Positions 1 to 9,105 are shown, counted from the first letter of the stretch. The stretch is DNA of 64,000 bases from an uncultured Gammaproteobacteria bacterium (GCA_964576435.1 CAZNUP010000002.1:107302-171301); one strand, 5' to 3'. The notes: generated by a model from the letters alone, not told the origin. Translations and numbers: made by a program.

Positions 1-311
1 CTACCATCTGATTCAAAAAGACCAATGATGCCTTGATAGTTTTTGCCGTCAATGGTTTCTTGCTTTCCCACAATATGGCAAACCTCAACTATGCCACTGG
101 GACTCATTTCGACCCGGCGTCTCCAAATAAGTCTTTGTCCTTTTTTAAACCTTAGGAAAAAGAGTCTATTTCCTCCCTCCCACATTTCAAAAGCCGCCAG
201 TTTATTCCGGTCAATGTTTTTGTAGGCGTTTAAGGTGCCATCGGGTTCGATTTGACTTAAGGAAGACCCATCTTCATACTTTGCTACCCAGTGATATCTT
301 TGTCCTGGCAT
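1..311 (-). CDS. Hypothetical protein, 3'-truncated by the window edge. N-terminus MPGQRYHWVAKYEDGSS...; the ATG at 309-311 overlaps the stop of the upstream gene.
   Basis: Manual translation of the minus strand gives an open frame from ATG 309-311 to position 1 with no stop. It is directly coupled to the 312..566 ORF. It is absent from the ORF track because it is partial. Confidence 0.35.
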   Translation of the reverse strand, partial: MPGQRYHWVAKYEDGSSLSQIEPDGTLNAYKNIDRNKLAAFEMWEGGNRLFFLRFKKGQRLIWRRRVEMSPSGIVEVCHIVGKQETIDGKNYQGIIGLFESDG

Positions 312-566
312 TTAGATGGCAATTATTTCTACATTATCTTCACGAGTCCACCAGCCTTTGCCGACAGTAATGCCTCTCGTGGGGTCAGTTTTCTCCTCGA
401 CCAATTTGTCTAGAGAGTGGGCATAATCTGTGAAGTGTTCAAGTTCAATGCCTAGAGTTTTTCCAGGAACGTTTTGAACCACTTTGACGATCCCTTCGGT
501 AGGGACTCCGCCTGGAGGATCAATTATTATCTTTACTTTTTGGCCAGTAGTTAGTTTTTGAGCCAT
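312..566 (-). CDS. Small hypothetical protein (84 aa). Possibly a KOW/Tudor-like small beta-barrel.
   Basis: ORF track. GQKVKIIIDPPGG...GIVKVV pattern. Tightly packed with flanking minus-strand ORFs. Confidence 0.35.
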   Translation of the reverse strand: MAQKLTTGQKVKIIIDPPGGVPTEGIVKVVQNVPGKTLGIELEHFTDYAHSLDKLVEEKTDPTRGITVGKGWWTREDNVEIIAI

Positions 567-571
567 AGGTT

Positions 572-1129
572 TTAAGCACTAGTGTCATCGTATTTCCAGG
601 TAAATGTTTCTTGAGCTGTAGCTCCACTTTGAGCACTACTTCCAACCTCTATCTGATAAACCATGAAATTGCCGATATCTCCAGTTGTTGAAGCGCTTCC
701 TGGAATTGATTTCGGGGAAGAGGAGGTAAAAGAAAATACATCTACTGGTGTGCCACTTAGACTAGGATATGTTCCTTGAGTTAACTGAGTTCCTGTTTGA
801 CCTGGGGTGCCAGTTGCTTGGACATAGGCGGAAGCTGTATTTCCAATACAAGTTACGCCAGTTCCAAAATTATTTGTACCATCGGTGTACCAGCGTAAAT
901 TATCAACTGTGCCTTGGTTTATCGCAGTTATGCCTAGCCTCGTTGAGACCCAGTAGGAATAGTTGAAGCCAACAGCTGGGACCAAAATAGAGTTTGTTGT
1001 GCCTGACAGAGAGTGCACATCTTCGGCATTAGCTCTTGTATTTATGCCAGTAATGTTGGTTTTGGTTGGACTGGCGCCATTTCCTGTCCAACGCATGATT
1101 ATCACAGATGCTGCCATACGTTTAATCAA
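572..1129 (-). CDS. Hypothetical Gly/Thr/Ser-rich protein (185 aa). Fibre- or surface-like composition.
   Basis: ORF track. Low-complexity T/G/S-rich sequence. First gene of a three-gene minus-strand string. Confidence 0.4.
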   Translation of the reverse strand: MIKRMAASVIIMRWTGNGASPTKTNITGINTRANAEDVHSLSGTTNSILVPAVGFNYSYWVSTRLGITAINQGTVDNLRWYTDGTNNFGTGVTCIGNTASAYVQATGTPGQTGTQLTQGTYPSLSGTPVDVFSFTSSSPKSIPGSASTTGDIGNFMVYQIEVGSSAQSGATAQETFTWKYDDTSA

Positions 1130-1170
1130 TGTAATTTACAGGTTAATACCTTGTCAAGAGGAAAAGACCA

Positions 1171-1192
1171 TTTTGGGGTTGAACCCCTAAAA
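1171..1192. repeat. Perfect hairpin ttttGGGGTTgAACCCCtaaaa, 25 nt upstream of the IS200-like tnpA. Candidate subterminal IS200/IS605 end or REP-like hairpin.
   Basis: Palindrome read directly from the sequence. IS200/IS605 ends and REP elements are hairpins recognised by Y1 transposases. Confidence 0.35.
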
Positions 1193-1216
1193 TAGATTGT
1201 ATAGAATGGTATTTCT

Positions 1217-1843
1217 ATGCCACTCAAATTTGTAACTCGAAATCTTAAAAGTAACGCTTATTACCATGTTTATAACCAAGGACTTGGGAAAAGGGAGATT
1301 TTTCTTGATTCAGAGGATTACAAGATGTTTTTGTACTATTTAGATATATATACGAGTAGTTTAGTGGAAGTGGAGGCGAGGTATCCGGAGTTACCTCATA
1401 GACTTAAGAGTAATAATTTGAGCTCCGAAATTAAATTAATTGCATACTGCTTGATGCCAGATCACTTTCATTTGCTTGTTAAACAACAAACTCCAGATGC
1501 ACTTCCTAAACTTATGAAGCAGATTACGAATGGGTACACAACTTACTTTAATGCAAAATATAAACGGGCTGGGGGAGTTGTGCAGGGAAGATACCGTGCT
1601 GTTATTATTGAAAGTGAATTCTTGGTTTTGGAGATGGTTAGATTTGTACATTTAAATCCGCAAGCTTCTGGGCTTTCTTCTGACCCCCGAAACTATACGT
1701 GGTCTAGTATGAATAACCATGGACCATCTAACGAGCTTTTAAATAGGTTTGGATCAGTTGAAGAGTGGGAGAGGTTTCATTTAGACCGTGAGAGCTATGA
1801 ACGAGGAAAAGAAAAGATAAAACACTTGATGATTGAGATTTAA
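1217..1843 (+). CDS. tnpA: IS200/IS605-family Y1 (HUH) transposase, TnpA/RAYT-like
   Basis: YHVYNQG N-terminal motif. HUH motif HFHLLV. Tyr-containing helix GYTTYFNAKYKR. Transposase_17-like length of about 200 aa. Confidence 0.7.
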   Translation: MPLKFVTRNLKSNAYYHVYNQGLGKREIFLDSEDYKMFLYYLDIYTSSLVEVEARYPELPHRLKSNNLSSEIKLIAYCLMPDHFHLLVKQQTPDALPKLMKQITNGYTTYFNAKYKRAGGVVQGRYRAVIIESEFLVLEMVRFVHLNPQASGLSSDPRNYTWSSMNNHGPSNELLNRFGSVEEWERFHLDRESYERGKEKIKHLMIEI

Positions 1844-1856
1844 AAGGTAAGACCTC

Positions 1857-2642
1857 TTAGAAGGCAGAATCGTATAGTCCGTAGACAAGGTTGGCTCTAT
1901 TTTTCCAATTCTTAGTGAAGTTTTCTTCGCCTCTTGCGTAGCGGAAAGATCCCGTGTCAGTTTCTTTCATAATGTACCACCTACCGGTTCTATCTATATA
2001 GCCAAAGTAAGTGGGATTAGAGTCATCAATTTCTGAAATCTTATAGCCTAGTGTGGAGTCACTAACAGCAGTGGCTGCATTTTGGGTTGTTCCTTCAGGG
2101 AGGGCTCCAACATTTGCGTTTCCAAAGAAGGTGTTTTCTACCTTTTTAGTAAAGAGTGAGAGAAAAAAGACGCCAACTCCAACTGAACCAACAAGTTTGA
2201 TAAATGTTCTTCTGTCCATGTCGAAGTCTTTTTCGATGGTTGGTTCTTCTTTAGTTTCTGATACAACTTCTGGTGCTTTTTCTTCAGTTTTAGCCTCGAC
2301 AAAATCCTGATCAAGTTTTTTACCCCTTTTTGGGAGAACAAGTATCCAGAAATATGCAGCAAGGGGAATAAAAAGAGCTGCACTAATTAGTTCTGCTGTG
2401 TTTGTGGCTCCAAGAAACCCAGATATTGCCATGATATTTACAATAATGAAATCGTAGTAGAGAAGTAGCTTGTGACCCTTATTGGGACGAAAAACCACTA
2501 AGCCAAAATGAATGACGACTGGTAGGAAGAGGAGGAAGACGAGTGGATTACCAGTTTCAAGTGTTTGACTAGCAGCTCCAATAGTAATAAAGATGGAGAG
2601 TAGAGAAACGTAGAACAATAATATGATGCGGGCAATTCTCAT
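1857..2642 (-). CDS. Hypothetical membrane protein (N-terminal multi-TM, C-terminal soluble domain)
   Basis: ORF track. Hydrophobic N-terminal half. Confidence 0.4.
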   Translation of the reverse strand: MRIARIILLFYVSLLSIFITIGAASQTLETGNPLVFLLFLPVVIHFGLVVFRPNKGHKLLLYYDFIIVNIMAISGFLGATNTAELISAALFIPLAAYFWILVLPKRGKKLDQDFVEAKTEEKAPEVVSETKEEPTIEKDFDMDRRTFIKLVGSVGVGVFFLSLFTKKVENTFFGNANVGALPEGTTQNAATAVSDSTLGYKISEIDDSNPTYFGYIDRTGRWYIMKETDTGSFRYARGEENFTKNWKNRANLVYGLYDSAF

Positions 2643-2651
2643 TTATGGAAT

Positions 2652-3290
2652 TTAATATAAGACCTCTTTGACCATAGAACTTTCAATATAGCCTTCTTTG
2701 TTGTTTTCGTAGACTAGATACCAACTATCATCTTTGCTTAGGAATATATAAGGTTTGCCAAATTCTGCGGTTCCTACTACTTCTGAAGATGTGCTTTTCT
2801 CTTTATAGATGTTGACTGGAGTAGTTTCAGGTTTTTCTTTTAAAGTAATTGTATTTATCTTTTGATCGCTTTGACCTAAAATGGCCTTGGCTGGTACCGG
2901 TTGAACAGGTTTAGTGGACAATTTTTCTACTTCTTGTGTGAGATTGTCTAGTCTCTGAGTAACTCTATCACTCGAATATTCTGTTTGGATTGTCTTTACT
3001 TGTTTTTGGGATTTGTTTGAATAGGAAATCACGCCGGAATAGATGAGCGCACTAAGTGAACTAGCCAAAAGCGCCATTAAGAAAAATGGCACAGTTTTAG
3101 TCATGTTGTCTTTTGAAAAGTCAGCTTTAATGATTCCAGCGGCAGTTGCCCAGAAATATATGCCGCAAGGGATAAAAAGGAGAGCTACAAGAAAGCTTTC
3201 TGGTCTGGAACTTACAAAGATAGCCCAAATTAGAAGTGCTGTTGAAACAATTAATGTGTAATAAGCAAGAATGATCTGAAATTTCTTCAT
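2652..3290 (-). CDS. Hypothetical membrane protein
   Basis: ORF track. Several predicted TM helices. Confidence 0.4.
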   Translation of the reverse strand: MKKFQIILAYYTLIVSTALLIWAIFVSSRPESFLVALLFIPCGIYFWATAAGIIKADFSKDNMTKTVPFFLMALLASSLSALIYSGVISYSNKSQKQVKTIQTEYSSDRVTQRLDNLTQEVEKLSTKPVQPVPAKAILGQSDQKINTITLKEKPETTPVNIYKEKSTSSEVVGTAEFGKPYIFLSKDDSWYLVYENNKEGYIESSMVKEVLY

Positions 3291-3365
3291 ATGTGTCTAA
3301 CTATTCAGTATAGCAAAAATTATTGCTTGACAAGGATATAATTATGTTATAACATATGTACTAAC

Positions 3366-3608
3366 ATGATGTTAACAATTTTTAGAGCTGGGAATAGTGA
3401 TGTTGTTGCTTTAAATCCTATTTTGAAAGAGAAATACGGGTTTAAAACTGGTGTAAAAATTATTCAAGAAGATTCGGAAAACGGAATCTTAATTAGACCA
3501 CTTAAACCTAAAACAAAAAAAAAGGAAAGTAAGGTCAATAAAGATTTTAATAACTGGCTTAAGGGAGCTTTGGAAGAGGATAGCCTTTTATTAGATGAAC
3601 TAAAGTAA
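3366..3608 (+). CDS. Phd/AbrB(SpoVT)-like antitoxin partnered with Doc
   Basis: 80 aa. Stop is 2 nt before the doc start. Small swapped-hairpin-like N-terminus and a basic C-terminus. Confidence 0.5.
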   Translation: MMLTIFRAGNSDVVALNPILKEKYGFKTGVKIIQEDSENGILIRPLKPKTKKKESKVNKDFNNWLKGALEEDSLLLDELK

Positions 3609-3610
3609 AA

Positions 3611-3997
3611 GTGACAAAATTTGTTCCAATTGAAGAAGTTTATGAGATCCACGAAGCAATAATTAAACAAGTTGGAACGAAGGCTTCAGTTAGGGATTTT
3701 ACACTTCTACATTCAGCAGTTGAAAGACCAAAGGCTACATTTGATGGAAAAGATCTCTATCCTACAATTTTTACTAAAGCAGCAGCTCTTCTTCAATCGA
3801 TTTGTTTAAATCACCCTTTTACAGATGGGAATAAACGTTCTGCTTGGTTATCTACCAAAAGGTTCCTATTTATTAACGGGTATCATTTAAGAGCTGAACC
3901 CAAGGAGGGAGCTAATTTCATGGTTTATGTGGATAATAGTAAGCCGGAACTCTTGGAAATTGCTCGTTGGCTTAAAGATCACTCCAAAAAGAACTAA
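3611..3997 (+). CDS. doc: Doc (death-on-curing) toxin, Fic-fold kinase
   Basis: Diagnostic Doc/Fic motif HPFTDGNKRSA. 128 aa. Immediately follows the small antitoxin ORF. Confidence 0.8.
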   Translation: MTKFVPIEEVYEIHEAIIKQVGTKASVRDFTLLHSAVERPKATFDGKDLYPTIFTKAAALLQSICLNHPFTDGNKRSAWLSTKRFLFINGYHLRAEPKEGANFMVYVDNSKPELLEIARWLKDHSKKN

Positions 3998-4028
3998 AAA
4001 ACCCGCTTGCGCGGGGTTTTAGTTTTAA
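3996..4028. terminator. Bidirectional rho-independent terminator shared by doc (+) and rplL (-)
   Basis: aaaaaaCCCGCttgcGCGGGgtttt: a GC stem flanked by an A-run and a T-run. Confidence 0.5.
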
Positions 4029-4042
4029 ACTTAAGTTTAAAG

Positions 4043-4429
4043 TTATTTGAGTTCAACTTTAGCTCCTGCAGCTTCAAGCTTTTTCTTTGCTTCTTCTGCG
4101 GTTGCCTTGTTTGCTCCAGTTAGAACTTCTTTAGGAGCGGATTCGACGAGAGTTTTGGCTTCGGCGAGTCCAAGAGTTGGAACGACTTCACGAACGGCTT
4201 TAATTACACCGATCTTGTTGTCTCCGGCTGCGGCGATTACTACGTTAAAAGAAGTTTGTTCTTCTTTTGGACCTTCATCGGCTGCGGCTGCGGCTTGTGG
4301 AGCTGCTTGTGCCATTGGGGCTGCAGAAACTCCAAACTTTTCTTCCAAAGCTTTAACGAGTTCAGAAAGTTCCAATACGGAAAGTTCTGAAATTGCGTCA
4401 ATTAATTCGTCTTTTGTCATTTTTGCCAT
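4043..4429 (-). CDS. rplL: 50S ribosomal protein L7/L12
   Basis: [34 protein letters not shown]...; Ala-rich hinge; typical C-terminal domain. Confidence 0.9.
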   Translation of the reverse strand: MAKMTKDELIDAISELSVLELSELVKALEEKFGVSAAPMAQAAPQAAAAADEGPKEEQTSFNVVIAAAGDNKIGVIKAVREVVPTLGLAEAKTLVESAPKEVLTGANKATAEEAKKKLEAAGAKVELK

Positions 4430-4447
4430 TAGTACTCACCTCCAATT

Positions 4448-4936
4448 TTAGTCTTTCTTAATTTGAGAAAGCACATAAACTAATTTGTTGAGATTTGCAT
4501 TTAGTGTGTAAACAAGTCCGTAGATTGGTCCATTGAGGCGGCCAACTACCATTCCTTGTAATTCTTGTTTTCCAGGAAGTTTTGACATTGCCTCAGTTTG
4601 TTTATCGTCATATCTGACTCCAGAAAACATACTGAATTTTATTTTTGGAAGGGAAGTGGTTTTTGCGAATTTAGCTAGATCCTTAAGTGGGGCTAGTTCG
4701 TCTTCATAGGCAAGAAGAATAGCTGTTGGACCAGTTGATTCAATGCCATCAGAGGCAATTTTTAGGAGAGAATTTTTGACAACCATGTATTCGCCGCCAG
4801 ATAACTTGACTGTTTTGTGAAGATCTTCGGCTTGTTTGTGAGTTAGACCTTGATAGTCGGTAACGACAATGGATTTGGACTTTGCGACTTTGTCTTTTAA
4901 CTCAGAAACTACGGTAATGTTTTTTGTTTTTGGCAT
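4448..4936 (-). CDS. rplJ: 50S ribosomal protein L10
   Basis: MPKTKNITVVSELKDK...SIVVTDYQGLTHKQAEDL. The track ORF starts at an upstream TTG at 4972; the ATG at 4936 (MPKTKN) is preferred. Confidence 0.8.
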   Translation of the reverse strand: MPKTKNITVVSELKDKVAKSKSIVVTDYQGLTHKQAEDLHKTVKLSGGEYMVVKNSLLKIASDGIESTGPTAILLAYEDELAPLKDLAKFAKTTSLPKIKFSMFSGVRYDDKQTEAMSKLPGKQELQGMVVGRLNGPIYGLVYTLNANLNKLVYVLSQIKKD

Positions 4937-4940
4937 ATTT

Positions 4941-4970
4941 TTAAAATAAAAAAACTCGCCAAAGCGAGTC
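4941..4970 (-). terminator. Hairpin plus U-tract on the minus strand between ORF 5082..5483 and rplJ. Terminator or attenuator immediately 5' of the rplJ start.
   Basis: CTCGC-caaa-GCGAG stem followed (minus sense) by TTTTTTTATTTT. No Shine-Dalgarno (SD) sequence precedes rplJ. Confidence 0.35.
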
Positions 4971-5081
4971 AAAATAAGAAAATCTATTTTTGCCTCGGTA
5001 GGTCTTTTGCTATTTCTAGCTGCCTACTGTCTTTGGTGGATTTATTATAAATGATTCGAAATGGGTTTGCAACAGGTTGTG

Positions 5082-5483
5082 TTACTGCAAAGAAGAGATG
5101 ATTAACCCACATGCAGCCATTCCTAGGCCAGATATCGTAAGCCAGAATATCGTCTTTTGCGTCACTGAAATCCTAGGTGGGTTGTTTTCGAAATTTATCA
5201 TGTCATATTTTATACCAGTGGTTCGAGCGATGTCTAAGCCCATTCCACTAGTTTCCTCAAGACGGTTCAAAACATCTGAAACCATTTGTTTGGTTGCGTG
5301 CGGATCATCCGCTAGCAGTTTTAATTGCTCTAAAGATGCCCTTGAAGCTTCATAAGAAGTGGATTCATACCCTCTGGGAACATCATTTCCGTCTAATACT
5401 GGAGGGTTTGCACCTAGTCTGAGACTTTCTCTTTCTGCTTTGTTGAATGGTCCTTCTCCTCGAAAAATTGTTTTTAATGACAT
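5082..5483 (-). CDS. Hypothetical tail-anchored protein (C-terminal TM), inserted between rplA and rplJ
   Basis: ORF track. Single C-terminal hydrophobic segment. Confidence 0.35.
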   Translation of the reverse strand: MSLKTIFRGEGPFNKAERESLRLGANPPVLDGNDVPRGYESTSYEASRASLEQLKLLADDPHATKQMVSDVLNRLEETSGMGLDIARTTGIKYDMINFENNPPRISVTQKTIFWLTISGLGMAACGLIISSLQ

Positions 5484-5532
5484 GTTTTATATTATAGGGT
5501 ATTATGTCTTAAAACGCAAGCTTGAAATTTTA

Positions 5533-6375
5533 TTAGAGGGAGATTTTGATGGAGGGACCCATGGTTGCTTTTGTAAATGCTGATTTCACTCTGTCTTTAC
5601 CAATTGATTTAAAGAGAGCTTGGTAGTTTTCTTCAAGTTTCTTTGTATCAAAACTCACTTTTCCAATGATTGTATGGATAATTGGGAGGTCGTTTTGAGT
5701 TTTCCATTGAACTTGACCTTGGGAAAGATCTTTAACTAGTTTGTCTGTGTCAGTTCCAATTGTGCCTGTTTTTGGATTTGGCATTAGTCCTTTTGGACCT
5801 AGGATTTTTGCTACTTTAGCGAGTTTTGGCATCATTGATGGATCGGCTACTAAGATGTCGAAATTTATACCGCCACCAGAACTAATTGAGCTAATTAATT
5901 CGTCAGTTGCAACTACGACTCGAACTTGTTTTCCGGTTCCATGGGGGAGAGCTACTGTGCCTCTAATGCCTTTTTCAGTGACATTTAAATGAAGTTCAAC
6001 GGAGCCGTCAAATTTGGAATAACTGGTTTTTTTGACGAGTTCAAGTGCATCCTTAAGTGAATAACTCTTATTTTTATCAACCATTTCACTTGAAGCGGTG
6101 GCCTTTTTACCAGTTTCAAAGTGATATTGATCATTTAAGGAAGTCTTTTTTGATTTGGATTTCTTTTTGCCGGTTTCTTTTTCACCTTCAAGATCGCCAT
6201 CATCAATGATTGGGTGAGTAGCTACTTCTTCAACGGTTGCGGAAGGATTAGTGTCTTCTTTATGTTTAGTAGCTTCTTTTTGAGCTTTCTTTTGCTCACG
6301 TTTAATTTCAGCCTTTTTCTTGGCTGCTTCTTCCGCTATTTCATCTCCGATGACTACTGTTTTAACTTTTCCCAT
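5533..6375 (-). CDS. rplA: 50S ribosomal protein L1 with a Lys/Glu-rich N-terminal extension of about 90 aa
   Basis: The L1 core (...VELHLNVTEKGIRGTVALPHGTGKQVRVVV...GLMPNPKTGT...) begins near residue 100. The start sits 6 nt after the rplK stop. Confidence 0.8.
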   Translation of the reverse strand: MGKVKTVVIGDEIAEEAAKKKAEIKREQKKAQKEATKHKEDTNPSATVEEVATHPIIDDGDLEGEKETGKKKSKSKKTSLNDQYHFETGKKATASSEMVDKNKSYSLKDALELVKKTSYSKFDGSVELHLNVTEKGIRGTVALPHGTGKQVRVVVATDELISSISSGGGINFDILVADPSMMPKLAKVAKILGPKGLMPNPKTGTIGTDTDKLVKDLSQGQVQWKTQNDLPIIHTIIGKVSFDTKKLEENYQALFKSIGKDRVKSAFTKATMGPSIKISL

Positions 6376-6381
6376 ATATTT

Positions 6382-6807
6382 TTATTCAACTTTAACTCCC
6401 ATTGATCTTGCAGTCCCAGCGACTACTTTACTTGCGGCATCAATATCTCCGTTAGCATTTAAATCTGGCATCTTTGCTTCGGCGATTTTTTTGACTTGAT
6501 CTTTAGTTATGGTTCCAGCTGATTCGCGTCCTGGTTTTTGTGAACCCTTTTCAAGCTTAGCTTCTTTCTTGATAAGTTCAGATACAGGGGGAAGTTTGGT
6601 GATAAATGTAAAAGTTCTGTCTTCAAAAACAGTGATAACGGCAGGAATTACTTGGCCTTTTTGCGCAGCTGTCTTTTCGTTATAAGCCCTTACGAAGTCC
6701 ATGATAGGAATACCCTGAGGACCTAGTGCAGTGCCTACTGGTGGTGCTGGAGTTGCTTCACCTGCGGGGAGATTAATTTTAATGACTGTTTTGATCTTTT
6801 TTGCCAT
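6382..6807 (-). CDS. rplK: 50S ribosomal protein L11
   Basis: [33 protein letters not shown]... canonical L11. Confidence 0.9.
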   Translation of the reverse strand: MAKKIKTVIKINLPAGEATPAPPVGTALGPQGIPIMDFVRAYNEKTAAQKGQVIPAVITVFEDRTFTFITKLPPVSELIKKEAKLEKGSQKPGRESAGTITKDQVKKIAEAKMPDLNANGDIDAASKVVAGTARSMGVKVE

Positions 6808-6861
6808 ATGTTTCGTCAGTTAGACTCCCATTTATTCAATGGTACGGTGATTATAGCAAAA

Positions 6862-7056
6862 TTAAAGTTCTTCTGCAATCTCTGCAGTACGTAGAGGTGC
6901 TTTTTCTGTTACACCATTTAAAAGTGGATAACGACGTATAACAGGATTACCATCTAAGTCTGTTCCCTGAACTTCAAAGTATTCAACTGGTTTTGGTGCA
7001 GGGTTAGGTAAATTAATTGTTATTACTTCTATTTTTTCGGATTCGCTTTTAGCCAT
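6862..7056 (-). CDS. Small hypothetical protein (64 aa) inserted between nusG and rplK
   Basis: ORF track only. Confidence 0.35.
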   Translation of the reverse strand: MAKSESEKIEVITINLPNPAPKPVEYFEVQGTDLDGNPVIRRYPLLNGVTEKAPLRTAEIAEEL

Positions 7057-7102
7057 ATGAAAAGTTTAAATTGTCAACTTCTTACAAACAAGAGTTTTTC
7101 GT

Positions 7103-7684
7103 TTAGTCAAGCTGTGTAACTGTGACCTTGTCGTAGTGGACTGGTTGGGGAGAGTTTTGGGTTATAACTGCTGAAACTTTAAAACTAGATGAGTTACATA
7201 CTAAGGTCTGCTTTGTCCAATTTCTTTCAGTTTGGGGAACGGTAAATTTTTCGCTGCAGAGAGTATTGCCTTTATAGCCTAAAAGCTCCAGCGCCCCACG
7301 AGTTTCAGCTAAGGTTGAAGTTGGTTTTACCCACACTATTAATTTGAGGGGTTTTAGATCAGTGGTGTAGTTGTCCACATAGAAGAGGTGACTCCTAATA
7401 CTTACCGCTTTTGGACTTGTTGATTCAGGAACAGTTGTTTTGTTGGGTGTTAACTCCAAGGAATAGACACCATCTAATAGATCTTGTGAGCGTCTAATTT
7501 GTTTTTCAGGATTAGTTGCTTGAATTATTATCCAATCATTGGGTAGAAGAGAACCATTTTGGAGAGACCAAGATTCAAAGCTGTAATTTGATGGATAACT
7601 TTTTTCTTCAGGAGTAGCTATCGCTTGCTTTGGAAAGAAAGTTAAAAAAAGGAGCAGGAATAGTGGAATAAATAGTTTAACCAC
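7103..7684 (-). CDS. Hypothetical secreted protein (signal peptide) inserted between nusG and rplK
   Basis: N-terminal MVKLFIPLFLLLFLTFFPKQAIA. Confidence 0.45.
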   Translation of the reverse strand: MVKLFIPLFLLLFLTFFPKQAIATPEEKSYPSNYSFESWSLQNGSLLPNDWIIIQATNPEKQIRRSQDLLDGVYSLELTPNKTTVPESTSPKAVSIRSHLFYVDNYTTDLKPLKLIVWVKPTSTLAETRGALELLGYKGNTLCSEKFTVPQTERNWTKQTLVCNSSSFKVSAVITQNSPQPVHYDKVTVTQLD

Positions 7685-7696
7685 TAAGTTTGTAAA

Positions 7697-8278
7697 TTAT
7701 AGTTTGGATACTTGTAAGAAATCCAATTCGACCGGTGTTTCGCGACCAAAGATTGAAACGAGTACTTTTAGTTTACCGTGGGCTTCGTCAATTGAATCTA
7801 CAGTTCCTAAAAAGTCAGCAAATGGACCGTCAATGATCTTAACTGCTTCGCCATTTGAAAATGCAGCTTTGAATTTTGGCGCCTGTAATTGACTAAATTT
7901 AACAATTGCATCAACTTCTTTTTCAGAAAGGGGAGTTGGGCGGTTTCCAATGCCTACAAATGCTGTGACACCTGGTGTTGTTCTAACAACTAACCATGAA
8001 TCATCTTCTAAAACCATTTGGACAAGGATATATCCTGGGAAGATCTTTTCTTTGACATCTTCTTTTTTGCCTCTTTTGACAGTGACGGTGTCTCTAGTTG
8101 GAACAACGATTTCAAAGACTTTGCCACCAATATTCATGGCGTCAGCTCTTTGCCTAATAGCTGCAGCGACTTTGTTTTCGTGACCAGAGTAGGTGTGCAA
8201 GACAAACCACTTGGCATTATCTGGTGCTTTTGGAGTTTCTTCGATAACTGGTGTTTGTGCTTGTGCTTGGTCGTCCAT
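7697..8278 (-). CDS. nusG: Transcription termination/antitermination factor NusG
   Basis: [18 protein letters not shown] domain. C-terminal KOW ([18 protein letters not shown]). Confidence 0.85.
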   Translation of the reverse strand: MDDQAQAQTPVIEETPKAPDNAKWFVLHTYSGHENKVAAAIRQRADAMNIGGKVFEIVVPTRDTVTVKRGKKEDVKEKIFPGYILVQMVLEDDSWLVVRTTPGVTAFVGIGNRPTPLSEKEVDAIVKFSQLQAPKFKAAFSNGEAVKIIDGPFADFLGTVDSIDEAHGKLKVLVSIFGRETPVELDFLQVSKL

Positions 8279-8279
8279 A

Positions 8280-8516
8280 TTATTTTCTTGCTAAAACTAA
8301 TTCAATTGCTTTTGCGAAAATTAAATCTAAAGCGCCTAAATAGAGTCCAACTAAAGCTGAGACTGCTATTACTACTATTGTATATTTAACAACGTCGCTT
8401 CTTGTTGGCCATGTAACTTTTTTAAGTTCAACTCTAACTTCTTTGAAGAAGTTAACTGGATTTTTACCAAAATCTGGTGCTGTAAATTGAAATGAACTTG
8501 TTTGTTCGTCGGCCAT
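8280..8516 (-). CDS. secE: Preprotein translocase subunit SecE
   Basis: 78 aa. [17 protein letters not shown] followed by one TM helix. Canonical position upstream of nusG. Confidence 0.75.
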   Translation of the reverse strand: MADEQTSSFQFTAPDFGKNPVNFFKEVRVELKKVTWPTRSDVVKYTIVVIAVSALVGLYLGALDLIFAKAIELVLARK

Positions 8517-8600
8517 AATTTACTTAGTATAAAGGTTCTTTCCAACAAAAAACAGTCTCTTTGCGGACTGTCAAGTCTTTTTACTATATCAGATTTGACA

Positions 8601-9059
8601 TCATCTGTAAAGACCCTTTTCTACAGGGCTTCTTTGGTCTTTTTTGCAAGCTCTTAGATTGAAACCTTGTTTGTCTGTTAGGAATATGATTTCTCCACCG
8701 GTTCGACTTTGATCAAGGATAGTTTTTCCATCTGGGTCGTTTTCTGTATAGAGGAGTGTGGTTATTCCTGTTCTTGAGGTCCCAAACCTGTCTGCTTTGA
8801 CACAGCCATCTTTGGGTTTTTCAGTGGGTGCGGTTGGCTTGGTTTCAAGAGGTTTTGTGTTTTCTTGTGTTAGACCTGGAAGACTTATTGGTATACCGCC
8901 TATTGGCGGTAGGTCAAGATTAATGCCTCTGAAAGTCATTTCAGGTTGGACTATGGTTGTAATCATACAAGCAGGAACTATACAAGCAGTAACTAGTAGA
9001 CCGCTAATTAGGACACTTCTTCCGCTAATTTTATATGTTGGTTTGGCTTTTTCTGACAT
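8601..9059 (-). CDS. Hypothetical membrane-anchored protein
   Basis: ORF track. N-terminal TM, Pro-rich linker. Confidence 0.35.
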   Translation of the reverse strand: MSEKAKPTYKISGRSVLISGLLVTACIVPACMITTIVQPEMTFRGINLDLPPIGGIPISLPGLTQENTKPLETKPTAPTEKPKDGCVKADRFGTSRTGITTLLYTENDPDGKTILDQSRTGGEIIFLTDKQGFNLRACKKDQRSPVEKGLYR

Positions 9060-9105
9060 GAATTTGTGATTTTAGATTTTTGAAATAAATTGTCAACAAG
9101 CTTTA

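Noticed and set aside
43-225. 60-aa plus-strand ORF at the window start
   Set aside because: Overlaps an open minus-strand frame that continues the 312..566 / 572..1129 gene string and is coupled to its stop. The minus-strand partial CDS is preferred.
4047-4451. 134-aa ORF antisense to rplL
   Set aside because: Fully overlaps a canonical, highly conserved r-protein gene on the other strand. Ala/Ser-rich translation is typical of antisense to GC-biased codons. Spurious.
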